This document shows positions 1 through 9,683 of a DNA stretch of 64,000 nucleotides, in pieces (position 1 is the first letter of the stretch; the number at the start of each line of letters is the position of its first letter). The DNA is taken from contig OY970218.1 in assembly GCA_963713975.1 (NCBI GenBank), positions 1,056,001-1,120,000 of the forward strand. Direction: 5' to 3'. The DNA is from an uncultured Chloroflexia bacterium. Lineage in GTDB: Bacteria > Chloroflexota > Limnocylindria > Limnocylindrales > CSP1-4. The translations under genes were made by a program, and so were the position numbers. The notes under the pieces are model-generated. The model did no database searches. It was given only the letters and a program-made list of their open reading frames with translations, and was not told the origin of the DNA.

Positions 1-302
1 ACCGGCGGCAAAACGAAGTAACTGCCAACAAGCAGCCTGCTCTCGCCCTCGCCGCTTAGGCGGTAAGGTGAGCATGGAAGCGGCCTCCCCTTCGCGGGCC
101 GTGGAAGTGTCACTCAGCGAAGGTGCAGCCCGGAAGAGACTGCGTACTCCGGAGCGAAGCCCGATCTAGGGACACGTGGATGGGCCGGACGGAAGCCTGC
201 CGATGGGCGTCCGACCGGCTGACGAAAACCATCGGACACGCTCGTAGTGGGTCCTGGCGAAGGGTTCTGGACGGGGAGTTCGACTCTCCCCCATCTCCAC
301 CA
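1..302 (+). ncRNA. ssrA: tmRNA, 3' part (5' end lies outside the window)
   Basis: Tag frame 24-59 reads ANKQPALALAA*, with the typical ALAA end and AACT before the resume codon. The 3' end has a T-arm (GGGGAG-TTCGACT-CTCCCC-like) and acceptor end ...TCTCCACCA at 302. Confidence 0.93.
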
Positions 303-639
303 ACACAGTGCAGCCGAGCGTCGGCGCGGGGCCGCGACGGCTCGTCCTGCCCACCCTGCTCGAGCTCTTCGGTCGCGCGGATGTGACCGACGCTCGCGGA
401 TGTCATTTGAAGTAGCCCAGCCAGGAGAGCACCGAGCCGCTTCATCACGTCTCCCAAGGGCTTCTCGCGACTTCACGGGGCAACGGGAATCGTGACCCGC
501 AGCCGCTGGTCGGCCTTCAGCGTGACGCCTGCCTGTCCAAGGATTGTTCCCCCCACCTCCTCTCGTACGAGCACTGCGTACTTGGTCGCCCGGACCTCGC
601 CGGCGTGCCATGTGCAGCGTCCGCGGTCGCCGCTCGTCC

Positions 640-780
640 GAAACACGACCCGCCGGGATCGACGCCGACGTGCGCCACGTGACCGACATGGCGGGGGCCG
701 CGTCGCCCGGCGTGCTGTTCACGCCGGGCCTCGCCATCGACGGCACGCTGATCCCGGCCGGCTGGCGCCGCATCAGGTGA
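640..780 (+). pseudogene. Remnant of a small thioredoxin-like (MTH895/redox-active disulfide protein 2 type) gene
   Basis: AGIDADVRHVTDMAGAASPGVLFTPGLAIDG resembles the family's C-terminal half (GIDAEVEKVTD...YGVMSTPALVIDG). The N-terminal CxxC is not in frame. Confidence 0.55.
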
Positions 781-805
781 GGGTCCGCAACCCGATAGTC
801 TTCAT

Positions 806-837
806 TAGTTGCGCAAGTACGCAACTATAGATAGCAT
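806..837 (+). promoter_or_regulatory. Promoter TTGCGC-17-TAGCAT with overlapping perfect inverted repeat TAGTTGCG-N6-CGCAACTA (putative ArsR-family operator)
   Basis: 8-6-8 palindrome at 806-827; -10 at 832-837, 6 nt before ATG 844. The same core occurs at 5112-5127. Confidence 0.7.
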
Positions 838-843
838 CTCCCT

Positions 844-2055
844 ATGACCGATCAACCGACCCCATCCCAGCCGGCGACTCCGGCCACCCGCAAGCGAGCA
901 CTCGTGATCGGCGGAGGGTTCGGGGGTGTCCAGGCGGCCACGGCCCTCGCGCGCCATGAGCGCTTCGACGTCACGCTGATCTCGGATCGGGACTTCCTGT
1001 ACCTGTTCCCGACATCCATCTGGGTCCCGACGCGGGAGATGCCCTACGAGCAGGCCCAAGTGCCACTCGCGGCCGTCGCCCGGAAGCGGGGTTTCCGGCT
1101 CGTCGTGGATGCCGTCGAGGAGATCCGGTCCGCGGACAACGTCGTCCGCTGCGCAGGCGGCGAGCACACCTACGACTATCTGGTCGTCGCCACTGGCGCC
1201 GAGAAGCTGCACCACCCCGGAGCGGAGCACACGCTCTCGATCTGCGGCAGGCCCGAGACGGGGCTCGACATCAGGGATCGGCTCGACGCGCTCATCGCGC
1301 GGGGCGAGGGGACGATCGCCGTCGGGTTCGGCGGCAACCCGAAGGACCGCTCCGCGGTTCGAGGTGGTCCTGCCTTCGAGCTCCTGTTCAACATCCACCA
1401 GCACCTCAAGCGCCGGAAGGTTCGTGACCGGTTCACGCTCACGTTCTTCGCCCCGATGGCGGAGCCCGGCGAGCGCATGGGCCGGCGCGCCCTCAAGCTG
1501 ATGGACGGCATGTTCACCAGGTTCGGCATCGACAGGCGTGTCGGAACCCCGATCAGCGCGTTCGACCCCGATGGCGTGAAGTTCGCCGACGGGTCGCGCC
1601 TGGACGCCGATCTCGTGCTGTTCATCCCCGGAGCCACCGGGCACTCGGTCGCCGGCCGATCGGACCTGCCGCTGAATGAGGCCGGCTTCGTCCGGATCGA
1701 CGACACCTGCCTCGTGCAAGGCACCGGGAACGTCTACGCCGTCGGCGACGTCGCCGCGCTCGAGGGTCCCGACTGGCGTGCGAAGCAGGGCCACACGGCC
1801 GAGGTGATGGCGCGCAACGCGGCCTACAACATCGCGGCGGCCGATGCCGGCCGGCCCGAGCGAAAGGGCTACCAGTCCCACCTGTCGATCATCTGCCTGA
1901 TGGACACGGGCGACGGGGCGGCCATGGTCTACCGCGGCCGCAGGAACAGCCTCGTGGTCCCGCTGCCCATCGTCGGGCACTGGATGAAGCAGGCATGGGG
2001 CCGGTACGCGCGCCTCGTGGCGCTGGGCCGGATCCCCCGCGTCCCCGGCCTCTAG
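844..2055 (+). CDS. sqr: Sulfide:quinone oxidoreductase-like flavoprotein (type VI/SqrF-like)
   Basis: GGGFGG FAD motif, SICG, AVRGGPAFE (Val where other SQR types have Cys), AVGD and IICLMD motifs. Confidence 0.7.
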   Translation: MTDQPTPSQPATPATRKRALVIGGGFGGVQAATALARHERFDVTLISDRDFLYLFPTSIWVPTREMPYEQAQVPLAAVARKRGFRLVVDAVEEIRSADNVVRCAGGEHTYDYLVVATGAEKLHHPGAEHTLSICGRPETGLDIRDRLDALIARGEGTIAVGFGGNPKDRSAVRGGPAFELLFNIHQHLKRRKVRDRFTLTFFAPMAEPGERMGRRALKLMDGMFTRFGIDRRVGTPISAFDPDGVKFADGSRLDADLVLFIPGATGHSVAGRSDLPLNEAGFVRIDDTCLVQGTGNVYAVGDVAALEGPDWRAKQGHTAEVMARNAAYNIAAADAGRPERKGYQSHLSIICLMDTGDGAAMVYRGRRNSLVVPLPIVGHWMKQAWGRYARLVALGRIPRVPGL

Positions 2056-2070
2056 GTCAACTGGTCGGGC

Positions 2071-2898
2071 TCAGCAGCAGCCGTCGCCCCCGCAGCAGCC
2101 GGTCGCGACAGGGGCCAGGGGCAGGTCACCCGGCGCCGATGCCGATGCAGCCGGGAGCGACGGATCAACAGTGGCCGCGGCCTTGGACGCCCTCACGATG
2201 ACGCTTGTCATGCCGTCGACCACCTCGTGCGTCGGGACCAGCGAGATGTCCGTGAGCCCCACCGCCTCCAGGCCATCCCGAAACTCCGAGAACGAGAGGG
2301 CACCGGCGATACAGCCCGTGTAGCTCCCCCGCTCGGCGCGCTCGGCAGGGGACAGGGCATCGTCGGCCACGATGTCGGTGACGCCCATCCGACCGCCCGG
2401 CCGCAGGACCCGCGCGATCTCTCGGAACACGGCCGACTTGTCTGCGGCGAGGTTGATCACGCAGTTGCTGATGACCACGTCCACCGATGCGGCGGGGAGC
2501 GGGATGGATTCGATCTGGCCGCGCAGGAACTCGACGTTGGTGGCACCGGCCTCGGCCGCGTTCCGCTGGGCGAGCGCGAGCATCTCGTCGGTCATGTCGA
2601 GCCCGAGCACACGCCCGGTCGGGCCCACCCGCTTCGCGGACAGGAGCACGTCGATGCCGCCGCCCGACCCCAGGTCGAGGACGCGCTCGCCCTCGTGGAG
2701 CTCCGCGACCGCGATGGGGTTGCCGCAGCCGAGCGACGCGAGCACGGCGGCGTCGGGCAGCTCCGCGCGCTCCAATGCCGTGTAGAGGCCCTGGCCGATC
2801 GTCTCCGGCTCCGACGAGCAGCAGCCCCCGGTGCTCGCCTGGACGGCAGCGGCCGCGTAGCGGGCCCGGACCTCGTCGTGGATGGATTCGGTGGTCAT
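2071..2898 (-). CDS. arsM: Arsenite S-adenosylmethionine methyltransferase
   Basis: [25 protein letters not shown] and GCIAGA motifs, plus a Cys-pair tail. GAGGAG RBS before ATG 2898. Divergent from arsR. Confidence 0.9.
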   Translation of the reverse strand: MTTESIHDEVRARYAAAAVQASTGGCCSSEPETIGQGLYTALERAELPDAAVLASLGCGNPIAVAELHEGERVLDLGSGGGIDVLLSAKRVGPTGRVLGLDMTDEMLALAQRNAAEAGATNVEFLRGQIESIPLPAASVDVVISNCVINLAADKSAVFREIARVLRPGGRMGVTDIVADDALSPAERAERGSYTGCIAGALSFSEFRDGLEAVGLTDISLVPTHEVVDGMTSVIVRASKAAATVDPSLPAASASAPGDLPLAPVATGCCGGDGCC

Positions 2899-2960
2899 GG
2901 GGGCTCCTCGGTAATTGGGGCTGATTTCGGCTGGTGGTGCGGGCATGCTGGTTGCATGGG

Positions 2961-2998
2961 TATTGATACTTGACGATATCGATGTTTGTCAATACCGT
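2961..2998 (+). promoter_or_regulatory. arsR/arsM divergent promoter-operator (TTGACG-17-TACCGT; inverted repeat TTGAC...GTCAA)
   Basis: AT-rich patch between divergent genes; -35 at 2970-2975, -10 at 2993-2998, ATG 7 nt downstream. Confidence 0.7.
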
Positions 2999-3005
2999 GG
3001 CGGTC

Positions 3006-3335
3006 ATGAAGCGGCTCCTCGATCCAGACGCGCTCCTGCTCCAGGGTGCGGCGGACCCCACCCGCCTCGCGATCCTGCGCCAGCTCGCCGGCGGGGACGG
3101 GGTCTGTGCGTGTGACTTCACGGCGTGCTGTGAGGTTGCCCAGCCGACGGTCAGCCACCATCTCAAGGTGCTGCGCACGTCTGGGTGGGTGCGCTCCGAG
3201 CGGCGTGCGTCCTTCGTCTACTACTGGCTGCGCCCCGAGGCGATCGAGCGGTTCCGCGAGATTGCCGGTGAGCTTGCGCCCGCGGTCGGGCTTCCGCCGG
3301 CCCGCGCCCTCCCGGTGCTGCAGCCGGACGCCTGA
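3006..3335 (+). CDS. arsR: ArsR/SmtB arsenite-responsive repressor
   Basis: ADPTRLAIL, VCACDFTACC metal site and QPTVSHHLKVL helix. Confidence 0.88.
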   Translation: MKRLLDPDALLLQGAADPTRLAILRQLAGGDGVCACDFTACCEVAQPTVSHHLKVLRTSGWVRSERRASFVYYWLRPEAIERFREIAGELAPAVGLPPARALPVLQPDA

Positions 3336-3358
3336 GGCACGACGGGCGTGGACAGCCG

Positions 3359-3931
3359 ATGATGGACGTCGTGACACCATCTCCGACACCCGGACCCTGG
3401 CGCTGCCCGCAATGCGGATCGGATCGGGACGCCGCCGACACCTTCTGCGGCCGCTGCGCCACCCGGCGCCCCACGAACCGGGACGTGGTGGCCGGCCCGG
3501 AGACGCCTGCGGAGCGGCCGGCCGGCTTCCCGCTGCGACGGGCCCTGATCCTCAACGGGATCGTCATCGGGGTCGTCGTGATCGCCGTGCTGTTCAGTGG
3601 CAGCGGGGGTCCCGGACCAATCGGCTTCGAGCCCTCTCGCTGGCGCTGCGATGGCACGGAGCGCGTCTGGACCGCCTCCATCCCGGCCGAGCACGAGGAT
3701 GTGGTGATCGAATGGCGATCCGGTGGTCCCGAGGGGTTGCTCAGGACCGGGACCACGACCAGCCGGACCCGGCTCGAGGCCTACCGGCAGCCGGACGGGA
3801 CGTTCCGCGTCACGACGAACGATCCGGCTGCCCCCGAGTGCAGCCTGCCGCCGGACCGCTACACCATGGTCGTGCGCGATGCCGGGTCGAACGCCCTGGT
3901 CGCCCTGGGTGACGTGGAGCTGGAGCGCTGA
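3359..3931 (+). CDS. Hypothetical single-pass membrane protein with N-terminal zinc ribbon
   Basis: CPQCG...FCGRC, one hydrophobic helix, then an extracytoplasmic domain. Confidence 0.6.
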   Translation: MMDVVTPSPTPGPWRCPQCGSDRDAADTFCGRCATRRPTNRDVVAGPETPAERPAGFPLRRALILNGIVIGVVVIAVLFSGSGGPGPIGFEPSRWRCDGTERVWTASIPAEHEDVVIEWRSGGPEGLLRTGTTTSRTRLEAYRQPDGTFRVTTNDPAAPECSLPPDRYTMVVRDAGSNALVALGDVELER

Positions 3932-3938
3932 ACCCGGG

Positions 3939-4928
3939 TCAGCTCACGGGGACGATGGCCAGGAACTTCCCGTCGCGCCCGGGGTACTTGCCCTCGGGGC
4001 GCTTCCACGGCAGGTAGTTGCGCCGCATCTCCGCGGCATCCTGGTAGACGCCCGGCTTGTCGGACGGGCCCCAGATCCGCGAGATGCGCGGGTACCAGGG
4101 GTCGATGATGTAGGCGCCGGACACCTTCGCGTTCTTGAAGACCGTGGGATCTGCGTCGGCCTTGTAGCCGGTCATGACCCAGGCGTGCGCGCCGCGCCAG
4201 GCCAGCAGGATGGCCGCGTTCCCGGTCGTCGTGATGGCCCTGGCCGCGCCACGGAGCGCGTCGGCCCTCGTGTCGTAGATCCGCAGCTCGTAGTCCACCT
4301 TGCCCAGCTGGTTGAGCGTCGCCACCATGCCCTGCGGCCCGGCCCCGCCGTTGTGGCTGTCCTTGCGGGTCGTGGCCGCGACCTCCAGCTCGCGGATCCG
4401 GGCCTGCCGGACAGGCGTGGTGTCCACCTTTGGCCCGTTCACGTTGAGCGCGATCTGCACCGCAGCAGCGGCACACCACGTGATCCGCTGCTCGCTGGCG
4501 AAGGCAACGGCCGGCTTGGGCTCAATCTTCACCGTCACCGGCTTGCGCACGGGCGCCGGCGTCGGGCTGGGAACCGGGCGGGGAGCCCCGGGTGGGGATG
4601 CGGTCGGCGATGGGGTGGTCGCCCGCGGTGTGGCAGACGGAGCGACGGCCACCCCGGCCGACCGGCTTGGTGAGGGAGCGAGCGCCCGGCTGGTGACGAC
4701 CCCGGCGAGATTCCAGGTCACCAGGCCGATCACGAGTGACGCCACCACGAACACCACCAGGCCCAGGTCCTTGCGCATGGCGGGGTCCCCGTGACCGCGT
4801 CTGGGGGGCGGCGGCTCGTACACGACCGTCGGCTCGATGATAGGCCGCGGTGGCGTCTGCCGAGCGTCGGTCACCGAGGGGCGGCGGTTCGGGACGGGCA
4901 GGTCCGCACGCGGGTCGTGGTCGCTCAT
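3939..4928 (-). CDS. Membrane-anchored papain-like/C39-like peptidase-fold protein
   Basis: TM helix, Pro/Thr/Ser linker, then WCAAAAVQ (Cys), GAHAWVMTGY (His) and IIDPW (Asp). GGAG RBS before ATG 4928. Confidence 0.6.
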   Translation of the reverse strand: MSDHDPRADLPVPNRRPSVTDARQTPPRPIIEPTVVYEPPPPRRGHGDPAMRKDLGLVVFVVASLVIGLVTWNLAGVVTSRALAPSPSRSAGVAVAPSATPRATTPSPTASPPGAPRPVPSPTPAPVRKPVTVKIEPKPAVAFASEQRITWCAAAAVQIALNVNGPKVDTTPVRQARIRELEVAATTRKDSHNGGAGPQGMVATLNQLGKVDYELRIYDTRADALRGAARAITTTGNAAILLAWRGAHAWVMTGYKADADPTVFKNAKVSGAYIIDPWYPRISRIWGPSDKPGVYQDAAEMRRNYLPWKRPEGKYPGRDGKFLAIVPVS

Positions 4929-5108
4929 CGCCTGTTCTCCGGACCTCCTCCGGCCATCCTGCACCGGGCACGTCGTGCGCCGCGTCACCCGGCCTCCACC
5001 CAGACGAATCCGAGCCTCCCGGTGTGGCGTCCGTCGTGCCCGCTCGACAGCCTCATCGCACTCGACGGCCCTGTCGGGCCAACGGTTCCCAAGCCCTAGA
5101 TGTTCACG

Positions 5109-5141
5109 CACTTGCGCAACTACGCAACTCCGGTGTACCGT
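5109..5141 (+). promoter_or_regulatory. Promoter with TTGCG-N6-CGCAA operator upstream of the second ArsR gene
   Basis: cacTTGCGcaactaCGCAActc; -10 TACCGT at 5136-5141, ATG at 5148. Confidence 0.65.
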
Positions 5142-5147
5142 GCGGCC

Positions 5148-5510
5148 ATGGCTTCCCACACGTCGGATCTCGAGCGGTACCGCCGCCACGCTGAGCTGTG
5201 CAAGGTCCTCACGGATCCCAAGCGCCTGATGCTGCTCGATGCGCTCCGGTCCCGGGAGCGCGCAGTCGGCGAGCTCGCGGACGACATCGGCTCGACGCTA
5301 GCGAACACGAGCCAGCACCTCGCCGTCATGCGCGTTGCCGGGTTGGTCTCGGGCACTCGTGTTGGCACCACGGTCCACTACCGCCTTGCGGAGCCCGCGA
5401 TCATCGGGGCCTGTGACATCGTCCACGGGATCGTGGAGCGCCGACTCGCCGGGCGATCTCCCGCCCACGCCGAGGCCGAGACCCCGGAGCCAGCAGTGGT
5501 CCCGGCATGA
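5148..5510 (+). CDS. ArsR-family repressor with Cys in the first and last helices
   Basis: AELCKVLTDPKRL, ANTSQHLAVMR, VHYRL and GACD motifs. Confidence 0.85.
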   Translation: MASHTSDLERYRRHAELCKVLTDPKRLMLLDALRSRERAVGELADDIGSTLANTSQHLAVMRVAGLVSGTRVGTTVHYRLAEPAIIGACDIVHGIVERRLAGRSPAHAEAETPEPAVVPA

Positions 5511-5513
5511 GCG

Positions 5514-6035
5514 ATGGGTCCTGATCCGATGCCCGCCTCCTGCCCGCTCCTCGCGCTCCGCGACCGTCGCCTGCTGCTCTGGACGGTCCTCTGGATGCTC
5601 GTGTCGGGCATCGCCTTCGGCCTGATCACGGCCATCATCCCGAACCCCGTCTTCGGCCGCCAGATCCCGCCGGAGCCCTTCGCCATCGGTGTCTGGCTGA
5701 TCTCAGCGCCCCTGATGGGCCTGGTAATGGCGACCTACACGACGCCCGTTCCTACGTCGCCCATCGCGATCACCCAGCCGCTGACGCCTGAGCGCCTCGC
5801 GGTCGCGGACGGCCGGTCCACGACGCTCGGCGGGCTGGCCGGGTTTGGCGCCTTCCTCGCCATCGGCTGCCCGGTCTGCAACAAGATCGCGCTTGTCCTC
5901 CTGGGCGCCAGTGGGGCGATGTCGGTGTACGCGCCGATCCAGCCGCTCATCGGCGCCGTGTCGCTGGCGCTGCTCGTGGCCACGGCGGTGTGGCGGCTCC
6001 GGCTGCGCGCGAATGGGGCCGCCTGCCCGGTCTGA
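5514..6035 (+). CDS. Integral membrane protein with GCPVCNK motif
   Basis: About 4 hydrophobic helices, a CxxC and a C-terminal ACPV; starts 3 nt after the ArsR stop. Confidence 0.7.
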   Translation: MGPDPMPASCPLLALRDRRLLLWTVLWMLVSGIAFGLITAIIPNPVFGRQIPPEPFAIGVWLISAPLMGLVMATYTTPVPTSPIAITQPLTPERLAVADGRSTTLGGLAGFGAFLAIGCPVCNKIALVLLGASGAMSVYAPIQPLIGAVSLALLVATAVWRLRLRANGAACPV

Positions 6036-6099
6036 GCGGCCACGCCGCGTGGGGCGGGGCGTACGCTTGTCTCCCTGTCCGCAAGGACCTTGAGCGTGA

Positions 6100-6553
6100 C
6101 GGCGAAGCGAGCGTCGTCGCGGCCACGGCGGATCGTCACGAGCACCCAGAGCACCCGGGAATGACGGTCCCTGACGTGAGCACGGCGATCGTGCGCTACG
6201 ACTCGGGCCCGGTGGGCGCCTTCACCGCGACCTGCATCCTCGGCGGGACGTCCGCCCATGAGGTCCGGTTGTTCTCGGATGACCTGACGATCACGATCCG
6301 CCAGCAGGGCGTCCTGTACGAGGACGCCCGCACGAAGGCCGTCACGGCCACGGACTGGTTCACCGGCAGCCGGCTCTGGGGCGTCACCGCGACGCGCTAC
6401 GTGCCCACCGGCAACGACCCCTTCCGGGACGAGGACCGCGCGTTCCTGGATGCGATCCGCCACGGAGACACGAGCCGCCTCTTCAGCAACTATGAGGACG
6501 CGCTGTTGACCCATCGCCTGACCTGCGCCATCCGCTCGGCCGCGGAGGCGTAG
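6100..6553 (+). pseudogene. C-terminal remnant of a Gfo/Idh/MocA oxidoreductase
   Basis: PDVSTAIVRYDSGPVG...EDRAFLDAIRHGD...YEDALLTHRL resembles the family's C-terminal domain. No N-terminal Rossmann fold is present. Confidence 0.6.
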
Positions 6554-6562
6554 GGGTCCGCG

Positions 6563-8908
6563 TCAGGCGGCCTCGGCGGCGGGCGCTGCCTCCGGGTGCT
6601 CGTCGCCGAGCGCCACGTAGAGCTCCTCCTCCTGGGCCATGTGCAGCCTCAGGATCGCGTCCAGACCGTAGAGGACGCGACGCAGATCGGTCAGGTCCTC
6701 AGGACCCGGGCCCGACTCCGGGATCTCGGCCACCAGCCGGTCCATGAGCCGGATCAGGTGGAAGATCTCAGTGTGCGTGCGGTGAAGGGCAGCCGTGACA
6801 TCGTCGTTGCCAACCGCGCTCGCGAGCAACGGGAAGATCTCGCGATCCTCGCTCTCCTCGTGCGGGATCAGTGTGCCCGTCAGGAAGGCGCGGACCTGGT
6901 GCAGCTCGATCAACGCCTGCTCCGGCGGCATCGAGCCGAGCCCGTCCGCGAGTGCGCGGATCCGGCTGATCGGGGCGGCGAGCTCGCGGTGCTCGCTGCG
7001 CAGCCGGATGCTGATCTCGGTCCAGCCGGGGATCCTGGGGGTCTTCTCGAGGCCCCCGGACAGCGCCCGCAGCGCGTTGAGGATCACGATCACGTCGATC
7101 GCCTCCTGGAGCAGGGCGCCGGCGACCGGCGGCAGCGCGCCCGTCATCGCGAACAGCATGGCCGCGAAGGACAGGCCCATGCCGACCACGACACTCTGGA
7201 TGGCGATCTGCCGCGACCGGCGGGCGATCAGGATCGACTCCGGCAGCCTGTCCAGCCGGTCCACGGTGATCACGACGTCCGCGGCCTCGGAGCTTGCCGT
7301 CGCGCCGCGGGCGCCCATCGCAACCCCCACGTCCGCGGCCGCCAGCGCCGGCGCATCGTTGATCCCGTCACCCACCATCACCAGGATGCCGTTGGCGTCG
7401 GCGCGCTCGCCCATGACCGCATCCACCTTGTCGGCCGGCGTGCGCTCCGCGAGCACGCTGTCCACGCCGATCGCCGCGCCGACCATGTCCGCCACGCCGT
7501 AGTGATCCCCGGTCACCATCACCGTGCGCCGCACGCCGGCCCGCCGCAGGGACCGGATCACCCGCGGGGTCTCGGGTCGGACGGGGTCATCGAGCACCAG
7601 CGCCCCGACCAGCGCCCCGTCCACCGCCACGAACACGCTCGTTGCGCCCTCGAGGCTCACGCGACGCCGGACATCGCGGGCCCAGCCGGGCAGCCCGGCA
7701 CCACCGCTGGCGTAGTCGGCCGTTCCCGCGAGGACCGCTTGTCCGCCAACGCGACCCGAGACCCCGGAGCCGGGAACCTCAACGACGCCGTCCGGCAGGA
7801 CGAGCGCGACGCCTCGCTCGCGGGCGCCGCCCACGATCGACGCGGCCAGCACGTGCGGCGACAGCTGCTCCAGGGAGGCGGCCAGGCCCAGCACGTCGTC
7901 CGGGGACCAGCCCGGCGCGGTCACGACATCGGCGAGGTGGGGGCGCCCCGCCGTCAGCGTGCCGGTCTTGTCGAACAGGAGGACCTTCGCCCTGGCCAGG
8001 GACTCGAGCGCGCCGCCGCCCTTGACGATGATCCCCCGCCGGGCGGACCGGCTGATGCCGGCCACGATGGCGATCGGGACGGCGAGCAGCAGGGGGCATG
8101 GGGTTGCCACCACGAGGACGGACAGCGCCCGGACCGGATCTCCCGAAAGGATCCAGGCCAGCCCGGCCATGCCCAGGGCGAGCGGGACGAACAGCAGCGC
8201 ATACTGGTCGGCCAGCCGCACGAAGGGGGCCTTCGATGACTGGGCCTCCTCCACCAGGCGGACGATCCCGGCATAGGTGCTGTGCTCCGCGGTGGCGACC
8301 GCGATCAGGTCGAACGGTGCGCCGGCGTTCACGGTGCCCGAGCTCACCGGATCTCCGGGCTCGCGCGTAGCCAGCCTGGCCTCGCCGGTAAGCGCGGATT
8401 CGTCCAGCACGGCGGCGACGCCGGTCACGGTGCCATCCACCGGAACGACCTCGCCGGGCTTGATCAGGATCCGGTCACCGACCTCGACCTGTGCGATCGG
8501 TCGGTCGGCGATCGAGCCGTCCTCGTGACGATGGACGATGCGCGGCGCGCGCGACACCAGCGCCGACAGCTCGCGATGTGCCCGGCCAGCGGCATAGCGC
8601 TCCAGCCAGTCGCCGGTGGCCAGCATCACGGCGATCACCGCCGCCGCCAGGGACTCGCCCAGGAGCAGGGCGCCCACGATCGCGAGGACGGCGATCACAT
8701 CGACCCCGGCCTCGTGGTGCAGGAGATCCCGGACGATGGAGATGGTGAGCCAGACGCCGACGAGCACGGCAGGGACCGTCCATGCCCACCAGGCCAGCGT
8801 GTCGTTGCCCGCGACCACGGCGATCAGGCCGATGATCAGGCCACCGAGCGTCAGGGGCAGCATCACGCGCTCGGTGATCGAGTCGAGCGCCTCGAGGAAC
8901 CGCGTCAT
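6563..8908 (-). CDS. P1B-type heavy-metal ATPase (P1B-5-like) with C-terminal hemerythrin domain
   Basis: TGE, ATPCPL, DKTGT, HVLA, GDGINDAP and QEAID motifs. The C-terminus has EH...PHEESED...H...LHMAQEEE hemerythrin ligands. Confidence 0.9.
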   Translation of the reverse strand: MTRFLEALDSITERVMLPLTLGGLIIGLIAVVAGNDTLAWWAWTVPAVLVGVWLTISIVRDLLHHEAGVDVIAVLAIVGALLLGESLAAAVIAVMLATGDWLERYAAGRAHRELSALVSRAPRIVHRHEDGSIADRPIAQVEVGDRILIKPGEVVPVDGTVTGVAAVLDESALTGEARLATREPGDPVSSGTVNAGAPFDLIAVATAEHSTYAGIVRLVEEAQSSKAPFVRLADQYALLFVPLALGMAGLAWILSGDPVRALSVLVVATPCPLLLAVPIAIVAGISRSARRGIIVKGGGALESLARAKVLLFDKTGTLTAGRPHLADVVTAPGWSPDDVLGLAASLEQLSPHVLAASIVGGARERGVALVLPDGVVEVPGSGVSGRVGGQAVLAGTADYASGGAGLPGWARDVRRRVSLEGATSVFVAVDGALVGALVLDDPVRPETPRVIRSLRRAGVRRTVMVTGDHYGVADMVGAAIGVDSVLAERTPADKVDAVMGERADANGILVMVGDGINDAPALAAADVGVAMGARGATASSEAADVVITVDRLDRLPESILIARRSRQIAIQSVVVGMGLSFAAMLFAMTGALPPVAGALLQEAIDVIVILNALRALSGGLEKTPRIPGWTEISIRLRSEHRELAAPISRIRALADGLGSMPPEQALIELHQVRAFLTGTLIPHEESEDREIFPLLASAVGNDDVTAALHRTHTEIFHLIRLMDRLVAEIPESGPGPEDLTDLRRVLYGLDAILRLHMAQEEELYVALGDEHPEAAPAAEAA

Positions 8909-8937
8909 CCCGCGGATGGTATCGACTGGCCCGCCCG

Positions 8938-9645
8938 TCAGGCCGTGCCGGTCGGCCCGGATCGCGAGTCGCGGCGGCCCCTCGCACCGGGTCCCTCGCC
9001 GGCGCCCAGGAGGTCATCCGCCCATGAGGCCACGCCTGGCCAGACGCGCTCGACGCCCGCCGCCAGGAAGTCGGCCTCCCTGGTGGTGGTCCCGACGGCA
9101 GCGAACGACGCGCCGGCGGTCGCCGCCATCTCCAGGTCGACGGGCGTGTCGCCCACGTAGACGGTGGCTGCCGGCGCCACCCCGAGCTCGTCCAGCGCGC
9201 GCAGCAACGCCTCCGGATGCGGCTTGGAGTGCGTCACGTCGTCCGAGTACCAGGCGGTCTCGAACACGCCGCCCAGGTTGAGGCGGGCGATGCTCGGCTC
9301 CACGACACCCCGGGTGCTCGCCGTCACGAGACCCACCCGCACGCCATGGCTGCGCAGGCGGCGGAGCGCGGCCCGGGCCCACGGCATGGCGCGTGGCCGC
9401 ATCCGTCCCATCTCGTCGGCCCAGCGGTCGGCCATCTCGTCCCACAGCTCCTCGGGGATGCCGAGCTCAGCGTAGGACCGGCGCCAATCGGGCGTATACC
9501 GCTCGCGGAACCAGGACCGGCTCATCGTGATGCCGTAGTGGCCCAGGGCGGCGACGTTGGCGCGGTAGATCATGCCCATCGTGTCGACGAGCGTGCCGTC
9601 CCAATCGAAGACGGCGGCGGCGGGAAGCGGGCGCGATGCTGGCAT
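8938..9645 (-). CDS. HAD-superfamily hydrolase
   Basis: FDWDGTLVD, KPHPE and YVGD motifs. Confidence 0.85.
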   Translation of the reverse strand: MPASRPLPAAAVFDWDGTLVDTMGMIYRANVAALGHYGITMSRSWFRERYTPDWRRSYAELGIPEELWDEMADRWADEMGRMRPRAMPWARAALRRLRSHGVRVGLVTASTRGVVEPSIARLNLGGVFETAWYSDDVTHSKPHPEALLRALDELGVAPAATVYVGDTPVDLEMAATAGASFAAVGTTTREADFLAAGVERVWPGVASWADDLLGAGEGPGARGRRDSRSGPTGTA

Positions 9646-9683
9646 GAACCGATCGTACGTGAGGCGGCGGCGCGGGACGGGCC

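Noticed and set aside
110-457. Minus-strand ORF MGDVMKRLGALLAG...
   Set aside because: It runs antisense into tmRNA and has no recognisable family features.
1-6553. Prophage or active integrative element at tmRNA
   Set aside because: No integrase, transposase, phage genes or att duplication were recognised.
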